Positions 49,967-60,739 of a DNA stretch of 64,000 nt are shown here, piece after piece; positions within the stretch are counted from its first letter, which is position 1, and every line of letters begins with the position of its first letter. The translations under genes were made by a program, and so were the position numbers. The notes beneath the pieces are model-generated. The model saw only the letters and a list, made by a program, of their open reading frames with translations, did not search any database and had not been told where the DNA came from. The stretch comes from an uncultured Lentisphaeria bacterium (GTDB lineage: Bacteria > Verrucomicrobiota > Lentisphaeria > JABSQK01 > JAJFLO01), in assembly GCA_951812855.1 (NCBI GenBank), contig OX638337.1, forward strand, positions 1,042,486 through 1,106,485, written 5' to 3'.

Positions 49967-52194
49967 ATGAATTTGATTCAACAAGAAGAAAACTGGGAAA
50001 GAGAAATTAATCTTAGGAATTACCTACGGGTCATCCGTAAGCGCAAACGGGTTATTTTTTTTATATTCCTTATCGTGGTAATTAGCGTTACGACACACAC
50101 GTTCAAAATTCGACCCGAATACCGGGCGGTAGTCCGACTTCTTATAGGCAAAGAAAATCCGAATATTGTTTCGTTTGACGAAGTATTATCAATTGACGGC
50201 AGAAGTGCTGAATATTATCAAACCCAATTTAAGATCATTAAGAGTCGAAGCATTATTGATAAGGTCATCAAGCAATTGAATCTTGAAAAGGAATTTGATG
50301 AATTACAAGAAAAAGAGAAGAAAACCAAATCTCTTTCTGATGCATTATCAGCATTTACTAAGTCCGTAATTCATTCATTAGAGTCCGTATTAAAAAAAGA
50401 CCAGGAGCTGCCAAACTTAGATTACAAAACCGACCCTGCCATGATAAGCGATGCAACGGACAGAAAAGCAGAACTGCTGTATCGGGAAACTATCAAACCA
50501 TTAACTGTTAAGCCAATAGCCGGTTGATCGATTTAGAATACACAGGATACGATCCGCAAAAAATCAGTAAGATTGTCAATGCAGTTGCCCGAATATATAT
50601 CGAACAGAATTTAGAAAACAGACTCTATGCCTCTGAAGATGCTGCAATATGGCTTGATGAGCGATTAACCTCAATGCAGGAAAAAGTTGAAAACTCGGAA
50701 CGAGCTCTGCAAATCTACAGTAAAAATGCCGGAGTCACATCAATTGAAGATAAACGAAAAATTTTGGATTTACAATTGGTAGAATTCAATACAGAATTGA
50801 CCCTTGCTACAAAAAAGAGGGTAAAACTAGAACAAAAATATAAAAATTCTCAGAATCCTGAATTTGCCAACTCCCTTTCAGAAGTCATTAGTAATCAACT
50901 CATCCAGAATCTTTATAAAGACCTGTCTATTTTGAAGGGTAAAGAATCGGAACTGAAGGAAAAATACGGATTAAGACATCCAAAAATGATTCGGATTATC
51001 TCTCAAATAAATCAGATTAATAAAATCATTTCCACCGAAATAGAGAAAATACATGACAGCATTCACACTGACTATCAGCTGGCTTTAATTGAAGAGCGGT
51101 CATTAATAGACGCATTGAAAAAATTTCGGGATGAATCGGCATTTCTCAACGAAAAATCGATTCGTTATAGTGTTCTCAAAAGAGAAGCAGCCAGTAATCC
51201 GCAGATGTATGAATTACTCCTGAAACGATTGAAAGAAACTGACTTATCACAAGGATTGCGTTCAAATAACATTCGTGTTATTGATCCAGCAGTTCCCCCG
51301 TTAGAACCATTTAAACCGAATAAGAAACAAAATATTCTGATCGGTATCATTCTGGGCTTATTTTCTGGGTCTGGGCTTGGCATTTTTTATTGAATATTTA
51401 GACAACACAGTCAAAGAACCCGACGAAATATCCCTAAAATTCGGCATTCCCCTTTTAGGCTCGGTTGAAAGTCATCTAGTAGAAGGGGGAAAATTATCCA
51501 CAATTGAAAAAAATGAATCTACATCAATAAAATTAATCGCCTACAATGACCCTTCCTCAAACATATCTGAGAGTTTACGGAGCATTCGTAACAACGTCAT
51601 ATTTTCGGCTGATGGTGATAAAGATATAGTGTTTATGGTAACTTCCTCCCTTCCGGGTGAAGGCAAGACAACAATCGCTGCTAACCTTGCCATTATTATG
51701 GCCTCACTTGGAGAAAGAGTATTACTCATTGACGCCGACCTTCGGCAATCCTCAATTCACGAACTCCTGCAAGTTCCAAAAACGCCCGGAGTATCATCCT
51801 ATTTGACTAGGAAAAAGAAATCAATCAAATAATAATTGATACCCCAATCAATAATTTATCGGTTATTCCCAGCGGTATTACGCCACCAAATCCTTCTGAA
51901 TTACTAAGTGAACCCCAAATGAAGGTATTATTAGACTATGCAAGGGAACATTATGATCGAGTTATTGTTGACACTCCACCCGTCGTATCTGTTACCGATC
52001 CTATGATTATAAGTAGACAGGCACAAGCAGTTATTTTCGTAATTCGATGTGGCATTACCCCTCGAGATGCAGTTTCCAAGTCTATCCAGCAACTGCAACA
52101 GGTGAAAGCGAATATTATGGGTGCTGTTTTCAATGGTATTGACTTAGGTAAAGATTCCTATTACTATCAGTATTATTCCAAACAACAATTATAA
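49967..52194 (+). pseudogene. wzc: Polysaccharide co-polymerase / BY-kinase Wzc (GumC/EpsB-like) split by three frameshifts
   Basis: Four consecutive ORFs in different frames together give a complete Wzc. They comprise a Wzz domain with TM1, coiled-coil and TM2 (…ILIGIILGLFSGSGLGIF), a kinase with Walker A (SSLPGEGKTT) and Walker B (VIVDTPP), and a C-terminal Tyr cluster (YYYQYYSK). Frame changes fall near 50520, 51385 (T6 run) and 51810 (A-runs). Confidence 0.75.
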
Positions 52195-52399
52195 ATCTAA
52201 CGATAACGAAGAAGAAATAACGCATTCTACGGCCTGAGAAAATATTCAAATCCTATATTTATTGATATTTCGCATTTATAAATAACGAGATTAATCCCTG
52301 TATGTAAATCCTTCCATTTAATGTTACCGTAAAAAGTTAACATAAGAAGTGGTTGGCATCTGGCAATTAGATCCAGGCTGAGTATTAGTATTTTGGGTT

Positions 52400-52680
52400 A
52401 TGGACTTGCCGCCCCTTTTTGGGGATCACCGACAATGAGAAAATTCCGATGGTCTAACGTATTGTACTCCATCCGAAAGGCCTCTGACCTGCCCCCATTT
52501 ACCGGACCAAAGTTAAAGAGAGTTCAGTTGAGTCTGAAGTGCCCCCAACCCATGCTGATGCATGGCCCGGGGCAGTGGCAGAACGTCGACCTGCATAGCC
52601 TCCAGAGGCGGCACTCCGGCCGGGACGTCAAACCCCGAATGCCATTCCCGGGAAAATTCTTCAGTGTTAGATTATTTAGA
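52400..52680. other. Compositionally anomalous GC-rich block (about 55% GC versus about 37% background), function unknown
   Basis: The stretch contains runs such as gccgcccc, ggcccggggcagtggcagaacgtcgacctgc and ccggccgggacgtc. Neither strand gives a credible ORF. It sits directly 5' of an IS256 remnant. No tmRNA, RNase P or SRP hallmark motif was found by eye. Confidence 0.3.
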
Positions 52681-53289
52681 GTCTATCTTATAAAGTGTAA
52701 CATATTTGAGTTAAATAACATGTGCCCCGAATTATATTGTTATATGGACATTAATAATTGGTCATAATGTCCAGAAATAACAATTATAATCGAAAAAGAA
52801 GGGCACATATTAGAACCTGTTATACTCTTCCAGCCTGAACTTGTCACTGCAATACCGGAAGTTGTCAATAATAAAGAGTTTACTCAAATATTGTGAATTA
52901 CTTACAGGGATTGACAATATTTTAACGAAGAGCAGAATCGAAACACGATTTATCCAACGTCATGTTAACCATGTCCAGAGCAAAAGACAAAAATTTAAGA
53001 AAGACCAGAATGTTCAGTTATCACGAAAAGAAATGAAACGTTGTGCAGAGTATGCAGTTCAGGCGTTGCACTGCAAGATTGTCGGGATAATTTTACAAAA
53101 ATCATTACGTGGTTTAAGTCGTTGATCAGTCGAGAGTCCAGTCTTGCAACGTTTTTGTCGAACAAATGACTTGGTAAAAGTACGAAGGTTGTTTGATTAT
53201 TGTAATTGTTTTCCTGTGGAAATGGTCAGTGAGTGTGTCGATAAGCTCACTAAAGCCGCAACAAGTCAGGATAATGCCTTAGAGTCTGT

Positions 53290-54096
53290 CAATATTCTTG
53301 ACAGTCAGGATATTTATATTTGAACTGTACCTGTTTAGAAAGTAACATTCATTTTCCTGTTGATCGGCTTTTATTACGTGACAGTGTTCGTACCCTCATA
53401 AAATCAATTCTTGTGATTCGCTCCTGCGGTCTTCGTCATCGTATATGGTGATATCTGGACAACTGATATACAGAAAAGTCGTCCTGAATATTATCGTGCA
53501 TCAAGGCTGTCGATTTTGATGCTTTTTGTTCCTATGTTTTGATACTGATTTCGAGTAATCGCTCAGCTTCCTCTATCGAGGGGGCATTGAAGGTATCCCG
53601 AATATCCTGTGCGATCCCACTGCACATTTCTTTCCTCGATACGTAAGCCGTGGCATTGTGCTGAAGGTGAACTTGGCAGCATTGCCGGTAGCTGCTGACC
53701 TGAGTTCCACACAGAGTTTTCATAATCTGCGTTACTTTTCGTGTCGAGACACCTTGACTATACATTTCTGCTGAAGCCGGGTTTAGAGCCCGTTCGCTGC
53801 GTTGTCTTTGCTCAAGAGCTGAAGAATAAAAGCCTTCTTCTTCTCTAACCTGAGGAATCTGAAGGTCCCGTTTTCCCAGGCGGGGACTCAAGCACTTAGG
53901 TTTAAATCCATTGGCATGACATTCACGTTCCGCGGTTCTTTCCAGGGTTGGGCATCGATAAATTCGGAACGTTCAATTTTCACAGCCTTGTTTAGCAGCA
54001 TAGCAAAAGCTAAGCTGTTCCCATTCCTTCAAGTGCGTTTTTAAGTATTGCCTGCACAGCTTCGGTTATACTATTATTATTTTCATTGTGGGTCAT
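53290..54096 (-). mobile_element. IS256 (Mutator)-family transposase remnant with N-terminal frameshift/stops and internal deletion of the DDE core
   Basis: The minus strand reads MTHNENNNSITEAVQAILKNALEGM…, then after a frameshift …PRLGKRDLQIPQVREEEGFYSSALEQRQRSERALNPASAEMYSQGVSTRKVTQIMKTLCGTQVS, then directly …QCCQVHLQHNATAYVSRKEMCSGIAQDIRDTFNAPSIEEAERLL. These match the IS256 N-terminal, GVSTRKV and QRCxVH regions, with roughly 150 aa between them missing. The 3' end is indistinct. Confidence 0.6.
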
Positions 54097-54424
54097 AATT
54101 AGAATCCTTTGTTTATTGGGTACAAAAAAAGAATAATTCATCATGACCTGCGTTTTTATCAACTCAAAAATTTTCCCCCTGGGTAAAACATTCTCTGCTG
54201 GTTGTTAGATCAGACAATACTGCTTGTCCTGTCTAACCCCTCCGCAATGCCCGGCCTGTCGGCCCAACCGATTGCTGCTGAAACCGCCCGGGTCCCCCTC
54301 CGGTCATGCACCGAGAGAAGTGAAATTACAGAACGAAAGTTACACCCCCGTTTTGTATCGCCTCCCTACGTAAATTAAATCGTATTTGATGTGAGAAAGA
54401 TCATTAATTTTAAAAGGGTCTAGA

Positions 54425-54919
54425 TCAATTGAATGTGGGAGGACCATAATTCGCTTTGGGGAAATCGACTCCAACATCATGTTTTCTTTCATCTCCCCCT
54501 GGAACTGTAATCAAGGCCGCCTTATGAAATATTGATTTTAATAATGACCTGATCAGTCTCTGTTTCCAACCATTGCCAATAAAACCAAAATGAATTGGAA
54601 TACTGTTGTGTCCTCTACTAATAATTCCATATGGAATAGAATTAAACGAGAGGAAAACAGCTGTCTGACCTTCGTTTAAAAGACGGCGACATGTAAAATA
54701 CATTTGCTGTAATCGGAATGTTAAAGGGAATTTAGAGACTGTATGATGATTGAACTTCTGGATTTGATTTAGAGACGTTGGTAACGAATTTCTTATGATA
54801 TGAATCTCATTAATTAAAGGATGATCTGCAAGCGGTCTCAAATGATGAATCATTTGAGCGTCCGATACCTGAATACAACAACCGATTTTTAAACGTCTGG
54901 AATGACTCTCTGTATTCAT
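54425..54919 (-). CDS. Hypothetical protein, possibly a truncated glycosyltransferase N-terminal domain
   Basis: 164 aa. Has weak GT-B N-domain-like features (RLKIGCCIQVSDAQMIHHLRPLADH…), and ends abruptly next to the IS256 remnant. Confidence 0.2.
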   Translation of the reverse strand: MNTESHSRRLKIGCCIQVSDAQMIHHLRPLADHPLINEIHIIRNSLPTSLNQIQKFNHHTVSKFPLTFRLQQMYFTCRRLLNEGQTAVFLSFNSIPYGIISRGHNSIPIHFGFIGNGWKQRLIRSLLKSIFHKAALITVPGGDERKHDVGVDFPKANYGPPTFN

Positions 54920-55046
54920 TGGGCTCGTACAATCAAATGATTACTTAATATAAAAGTCAATAATTAATTTATGTTACTATCTGTTACATTTTGTCCTGAC
55001 TGGATCATGTGAATTTTTCAGATGAATCAGCGTGGCTAAAAACAGG

Positions 55047-56234
55047 CTAAACCTCAGATATAAATTCTGAGATTCTTGTCATGGCCAGTTCAATATCATC
55101 GATACTGACGGCATAAGAGCATCTGATATAATTTTTACCATGATTTCCAAATGCAGTTCCGGGGACAACCGCAACATTTTTTTCTTGTAATAACGATTTT
55201 GCAAAAAAATCGGAATCTAATCCTGTGGAACTAATATTGGGATAAACATAGAAAGCACCCTGAGGATTTACACACGTTAGATTTAAACTGTTAAATCGTT
55301 TAACTATCAAATTGCGCCTCATCAAGTATTCACTTTTCATTAATTCTCTATCGTTTTTTCCATGTTGCAGTGCTTCAAGTGCTGCTTCCTGCCCCATAAT
55401 AGATGCACACAACATTGAATATTGATGAATTTTCATCATTGCATCAATCAAATCTTTTGGACCGCATGCATATCCAATTCTGTACCCAGTCATCGCATAA
55501 GCTTTACTAAACCCGTGTAGAAAAACGGTACGGTTTTTCATACCCGGAAATGCTGCGATTGACTTACACTGGTCTTCATAGGTCAATTCAGAGTAAATTT
55601 CATCTGTTATTACAATCAAATCGTTGTCTACTGCGATCTTGGCAATCTCTGATTTTTGGTCACAGGTTAATACAGCACCTGTCGGATTGTTTGGGAAGTT
55701 CAATAAAACAACCTTTGTTTTAGGGGTTACTTTCTGTCGCAGCTCGTCTGCAACAAGGCTAAAATTATTTTCTTGCTTCGTTGTCACTGGGACAGGGATT
55801 GCCTGAGCCATTTGAATACATGCCGGGTAGGAAACATAACAGGGTTCATGATAAACAACTTCATCACCAGGTTCCAATAATGCCCTGAGGATCAAATCCA
55901 ATGCCTCACTTACGCCAACGGTAATGATACATTCCTGTACTGGATCGTAAGAGACTGAATAATTTTCTTTAACATATCGGCAAACTGCCTGTCGCAATGA
56001 TAGAAGTCCTAAATTTGATGTGTAACTGGTGTGACCTTTTTCGAGGGAATATATTGTGGCTTCGCGAATCCCCCAGGGAGTGACAAAATCAGGTTCTCCG
56101 ACGCCGAGCGAGATTACATCATCCATCGTCATGACTAACTCAAAAAAATCACGAATACCACTATTCGGCAATGCATCAATATGTTTTGCAACTCTGCTAG
56201 GGGGTAATTTTGAGTCGTTCATAGTCTTCATCAT
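55047..56234 (-). CDS. PLP-dependent aminotransferase class I/II (aspartate/aromatic aminotransferase-like)
   Basis: Has GEPDF, NPTG and the lysine motif SKAYAMTGYRIGY. The ORF is open to 56303, but overlap with lrp makes the start near MKTMND (56234 or 56222) more likely. Confidence 0.75.
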   Translation of the reverse strand: MMKTMNDSKLPPSRVAKHIDALPNSGIRDFFELVMTMDDVISLGVGEPDFVTPWGIREATIYSLEKGHTSYTSNLGLLSLRQAVCRYVKENYSVSYDPVQECIITVGVSEALDLILRALLEPGDEVVYHEPCYVSYPACIQMAQAIPVPVTTKQENNFSLVADELRQKVTPKTKVVLLNFPNNPTGAVLTCDQKSEIAKIAVDNDLIVITDEIYSELTYEDQCKSIAAFPGMKNRTVFLHGFSKAYAMTGYRIGYACGPKDLIDAMMKIHQYSMLCASIMGQEAALEALQHGKNDRELMKSEYLMRRNLIVKRFNSLNLTCVNPQGAFYVYPNISSTGLDSDFFAKSLLQEKNVAVVPGTAFGNHGKNYIRCSYAVSIDDIELAMTRISEFISEV

Positions 56235-56685
56235 TTTCAAACTGGAATCCAGCTTCCTTATATTTTTTAAGGATAAAATGTGTTCGGGTAGACAACACAC
56301 CATCTAAGGGTGCTAATTTTTGTGCAACAAAATTGGCAACATCATTCAGATTCTCCCCGACAACAATTAGCTGCAGATCACAATTTCCGGAAATGAGCAT
56401 TACATCGGTAACTTCCGGAAATTTTCCTATATTTCTGGCTGTCCGGTCGAATCCACCGTCTCTTTCCGGCCGTATTGAAACTTCGATTAATGCTCTGACC
56501 TTTTTAATGTGGTAATTGTCTTCATTTATCAGGGTATAATAGCCTCGAATGATATTTTCGGTTTCGCAACGTTTTATTATCGATTCTATCTCCTCAATAT
56601 CAATATTAAGTCGTTCAGACAATTCTGATGTTGTCAATCGAGCATTCTTTTGCAGCAATTCTAGTATTTTTTCCTTTTTTTCCAT
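56197..56685 (-). CDS. lrp: Lrp/AsnC family transcriptional regulator
   Basis: 162 aa with an N-terminal HTH (ARLTTSELSERLNI) and a C-terminal RAM domain. Lies immediately upstream of the aminotransferase. Confidence 0.8.
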   Translation of the reverse strand: MEKKEKILELLQKNARLTTSELSERLNIDIEEIESIIKRCETENIIRGYYTLINEDNYHIKKVRALIEVSIRPERDGGFDRTARNIGKFPEVTDVMLISGNCDLQLIVVGENLNDVANFVAQKLAPLDGVLSTRTHFILKKYKEAGFQFENDEDYERLKITP

Positions 56686-56907
56686 CTTATGCCTTCAACA
56701 CGTTTATATATTATGTTATGTACAATTATTAAATTTTGATTTTGAACTCGCCAAAGGATAACAATAACTTTAAGTCAGGATTATAGCAATTTTTCAGGGT
56801 TAAACCAAAATAGTTAACCCATTGAAAAAGACATATAACATCTCAGTGCTTATAATTTGGAACGATACGCCCGTTAATAAAAGTGTTGTAAGGAAACACG
56901 GGGCTGA

Positions 56908-57525
56908 CTAATTTTTTACGGGAATTTTTAATACCTGGTCAATTCTAATCAGGTCATTCTCCAAATTATTTATTTTCTTTAGGTCAGCTAATGGTACAGA
57001 GAATGCCTTTGCAATTGATCCGAGAGTATCCCCCTTAACAACCCGATATAACTCATGAGAATCAGGTTCTGACTCTGGATCTGCTCTTGTGATTTTGTCA
57101 ATGCCATTTAATTGTACTAATATTTTCCGTAATATTGTTTCATGTGCCTGTTGGTTTTTCTTCCGATCTTCGTTAATAATCGCCAACAATTCATTTAATT
57201 TTGTATCAAAATTTACCTTATTTGAGTTATTTTCTTGTTTGAGGATAATGATTTCTTCATTTAAATTTTTTATTTTGTTTACTAAATCATTTACAATATC
57301 AGAGTATGAAGATACTTTTTCGGATAAATTAACACGCTGTTCCTGTAAAAATTTCATATCCTCAGCATATGAAATCCGCTGCTTATTAATCTCTTTAATT
57401 ATTTCATTCTGAAAGGCAGCAAAGTTATTGTCCAATGACTCATCGGAACATACTGAAAAAGCTCCAATCAGCATCAGAATTAATATCCATAACGACCGAA
57501 CTTTATTTATGATCAGGTAATGCAT
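56908..57525 (-). CDS. Secreted LysM domain protein with coiled-coil
   Basis: 205 aa with a signal peptide, a central coiled-coil, and a C-terminal LysM (YRVVKGDTLGSIAKAFSVPLADLKKINNL…VLKIP). Confidence 0.7.
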   Translation of the reverse strand: MHYLIINKVRSLWILILMLIGAFSVCSDESLDNNFAAFQNEIIKEINKQRISYAEDMKFLQEQRVNLSEKVSSYSDIVNDLVNKIKNLNEEIIILKQENNSNKVNFDTKLNELLAIINEDRKKNQQAHETILRKILVQLNGIDKITRADPESEPDSHELYRVVKGDTLGSIAKAFSVPLADLKKINNLENDLIRIDQVLKIPVKN

Positions 57526-57529
57526 GATT

Positions 57530-58783
57530 TTATGTTTTGATCTGTCCAGCTTTTGCCAAACTGGTTGCCTCTACACTTTGAATTTCTACAAATCCTTGTG
57601 AACTAACCGGATTTAATCCTTCACTTTCCTCCATAGAAGAATCTTCCATATTGTAAATTGATGCGACACAATCTGTTAAAGAATTAAAATAGATATTACC
57701 TTTGTATAGGCCAACTGTAACTCTTCCTGCTGCTTTCTCGGCAAATACATCTATTGCTGTCCTGGCAGCTTTCGTTGCAGGGTCAAAATACCGACCATCA
57801 TAAATTTGGTCACCAACCAATTTTGACAATTGAGAAAACAGCAATGCTGCCTTTCTATCAAGTATTGCCTGATAAATATAAGTCAGACAGGTACCTAATA
57901 GTTCCATTCCCGGTGATTCATATACACCTCTGCTTTTTGTTCCGATGATCCTATTTTCAAGTGCGTTTTTAATTCCTATTCCATTTCTGCCACCTATTTC
58001 ATTTGCCATTTGCATTGCAACCAGAGGAGAAACGGTTTGGTCATTTATTGAAATCGCACGGCCCCGATCAAAAACCACAGTAAAATTTTCGATTTTATCC
58101 GGTGCATCTTCAGGCCATACACTCATCGTAGGTTCAACGATTCTACACGATGTTTCAAGACTTTCTAAATCCTCAGCTTCATGTGATAAACCCGCTAGAT
58201 TCGCATCTGTTGAATATCGTTTTTTTTCGATACTAAAGGTTGGAAATGCAAACTGATTTAAATATTCAGCCATTTGTTTTCTCCCCGGAAACTCCTGAAG
58301 CAAGTCTTTGTCTCGCCAGGGTGCATAGACTTTCATTTGCGGAGACAAAACATTAACGTACCGTTCAAAACGAATTTGATCATTTCCACGTCCTGTAGCA
58401 CCATGTGCCAATACGGTACATTCCTTTTTCTGTAATTCAGGCAACAATCCACTTACAGTAACTGCTCGAGCTAATCCTGTTGAATTCCAATAGCCTCCAT
58501 CATATTTTGCCTGTGCTTTTATCGCCTCAAAACAAAACTCAGCCATCTTATCTTTTAAATCAATTATAACTGTTTCAACCTCACAAGGAGCCATTTTGTC
58601 TTTGATATCGTTTATATCTTCTTCATCAGGCTGAGCAAGATCAGCGGCAAAGCAAGCAATGTTGATTCCCATTTTTTTTAGCTTGGTTGCTAACGTTTTG
58701 CTATCAAGACCACCAGACACACACAGACCGATTTTCTCATTTCCCAAATTCTTATATGAATTACTCAATCTATTTCCTTTCAA
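57530..58783 (-). CDS. argG: Argininosuccinate synthase (E. coli-type long form)
   Basis: 417 aa. Motifs include SGGLDS, ADLAQPDEEDI, HGATGRGNDQIRFE, RYSTDANL and ENRIIGTKSRGVYESPGMELL. Confidence 0.9.
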   Translation of the reverse strand: MKGNRLSNSYKNLGNEKIGLCVSGGLDSKTLATKLKKMGINIACFAADLAQPDEEDINDIKDKMAPCEVETVIIDLKDKMAEFCFEAIKAQAKYDGGYWNSTGLARAVTVSGLLPELQKKECTVLAHGATGRGNDQIRFERYVNVLSPQMKVYAPWRDKDLLQEFPGRKQMAEYLNQFAFPTFSIEKKRYSTDANLAGLSHEAEDLESLETSCRIVEPTMSVWPEDAPDKIENFTVVFDRGRAISINDQTVSPLVAMQMANEIGGRNGIGIKNALENRIIGTKSRGVYESPGMELLGTCLTYIYQAILDRKAALLFSQLSKLVGDQIYDGRYFDPATKAARTAIDVFAEKAAGRVTVGLYKGNIYFNSLTDCVASIYNMEDSSMEESEGLNPVSSQGFVEIQSVEATSLAKAGQIKT

Positions 58784-59173
58784 ATTTTTTAGAATAAGAT
58801 TTAAGCAGCGATTAATTAATGATCAACCCTTTAAAAAATATCAGAATTAAACACATAAACAACCCCTCGATTATTACATTTAACAAGCTCGCTTTCAACA
58901 AACATTTTAGAAAAGTCTTGGAAATTAATGAAAGATCAACTGAATAATAAAATAGACGTCTGTATAACTTTGGAGTGTCTCTGCCCAGACAATTGGAATC
59001 ACAGCATTAATTCAATTGCACCTCGGCACAGTTAAATTACCTAAATACCGAGGTCACAACTCACACCAGGACAAACTAATGGGGTTTTAATAAAGACGTC
59101 AGGAAGGGGCTATAATGAATAAAAGACTAAGTTAATCTAATTAACTGTGGGAAAAACAAAAAATAATAAGTTA

Positions 59174-60057
59174 TCAACTGACGCCAATGACGCGATTACC
59201 AACCGGCAACTTATTTATACTTAACACGCCATTTAGTTTCCGATGAGGTTGATAGAAAGGGGAATTCAGGTTCAATGATTGATTCTGTATCCGTTGGAAA
59301 TATAAGGACTTCTCACGGGCCAACAAAAACTGATCCAACCATAAACCGCCAGATACCTCTGGTTGTCCCACAGGTCATAGCGGCAAACCCTCCATCTCTT
59401 TATCGGCGTCAAGAATATTGATTGGAATTTCTGTAACTCCTGCAATAATATTTGTCAGACCTCTTCCCAGTTTCCTGAGTTTATTTTGGCCATGTTCAAT
59501 TTCCCAATCATCAGATTTTAAATCAAGAAAAAAGAATCCTGTTATTGCATCTAATGTTTCATACAGTTCAAGACCAACATATGGATGCACAACTCCGGCG
59601 ACGACCTTGACTCGACTCGCGGTTTCGTTTCCCCCGCACAGCAATTTATCAATATTCTTCATCATAATCATCTTCGGACATTTCATTTTCCGTCGGCATT
59701 AACTCATGAACAACTGATTTTTTGCCAAACCGTTTGAGATGTAACCGTCATTACTGCTGGATTGATAATGATTATTCAAAAATGATACGTTAGCGTACCC
59801 ATGCTCAACTTTGTGGGATTTGTTATGATTATCTAATCCATCTGCCAATTTTGTTTCTGTTAAGATCGCATCTGCCCAGAATTGGGTAATCCAACCATGG
59901 AATTTGTTTTCGGTGACTATGATAGGCAATTCCAACTTCTCGGGCTGTATAATATCCACTGATAGAAAAATTTTCGGTGCCAGCAAACTCTGTTCCTAAT
60001 CCAGGGGATCCGGCAATTCCAAATTGAATAATGTCATGAAGATCAAGAAGTCTACTT
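59174..60057 (-). pseudogene. Unknown gene fragmented across three frames (possible outer-membrane protein), downstream of gcvH
   Basis: Four consecutive minus-strand ORF pieces in different frames abut or overlap with no intergenic spacing: …IQFGIAGSPGLGTEFAGTENFSISGYY…; 59699-59986; 59375-59686; 59174-59371. No family was identified. Confidence 0.35.
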
Positions 60058-60059
60058 AA

Positions 60060-60422
60060 TCAGTTCAAAAACTCCGTATATTCTTCCTCGGTCATTAGAC
60101 CAACAATATCATCTTTCCTGATTGACTCCATTTTACAGATCCAACCCTCATGTTCCGGGGAAATATTAATTAATTCAGGTTGCTCTTCAAGAGCGGCATT
60201 AACTTCACATACCTTCCCTGAAACCGGAGAATAAATGTCTGATGCAGCTTTTACCGATTCAACAACACACAAAATGTCACCTTGAGCAAAATCAACACCG
60301 ATTTCAGGTAATTCAACAAATGTCATATCTCCAAGTTCCCGGGCCGCATGAGAACTTATGCCGATAACAGCTTTATCGTCTCTTATTTCTATCCATTCAT
60401 GTTCCTCGGTAAATCGTTTCAT
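60060..60422 (-). CDS. gcvH: Glycine cleavage system H protein
   Basis: 120 aa with the lipoyl-lysine motif ESVKAASDIYSPVSG and typical GcvH length. Confidence 0.9.
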   Translation of the reverse strand: MKRFTEEHEWIEIRDDKAVIGISSHAARELGDMTFVELPEIGVDFAQGDILCVVESVKAASDIYSPVSGKVCEVNAALEEQPELINISPEHEGWICKMESIRKDDIVGLMTEEEYTEFLN

Positions 60423-60739
60423 AAAATCCCATTCTTGAGCTAGTTTAAATGTGTTAAAAAGTTAATCATTTATCATCATGTCAAAATATATCAATCTGAA
60501 ATTTTAAGAATTTTATTTCACAGACAAAAAATTCAATACAATTTAAAAAAGTTTCTTTAAAATAATTAAAATTTGTTCATAACATGTGCTCAAAAACACC
60601 GGGAAAGATAAACTCTTAGAAAACGGCTGGAACGACATTGCTAAATGTACTTCTGCACACATTCTGTTACATATTTTTTTAAGGCAATTCAAAGGTCTTT
60701 TATATGGAACTTTTTCAGATTAAAAATATTTAGCAAAAT

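Noticed and set aside
52400-52680. GC-rich block as tmRNA, RNase P RNA or SRP RNA.
   Set aside because: By eye it lacks the diagnostic motifs: the tmRNA GGGG 5' end and TψC/CCA 3' end, RNase P GGAAAGUCCGG, and the SRP GUCCGGAAGGAAGCAGC. It is kept only as an unexplained compositional anomaly pending an Rfam scan.
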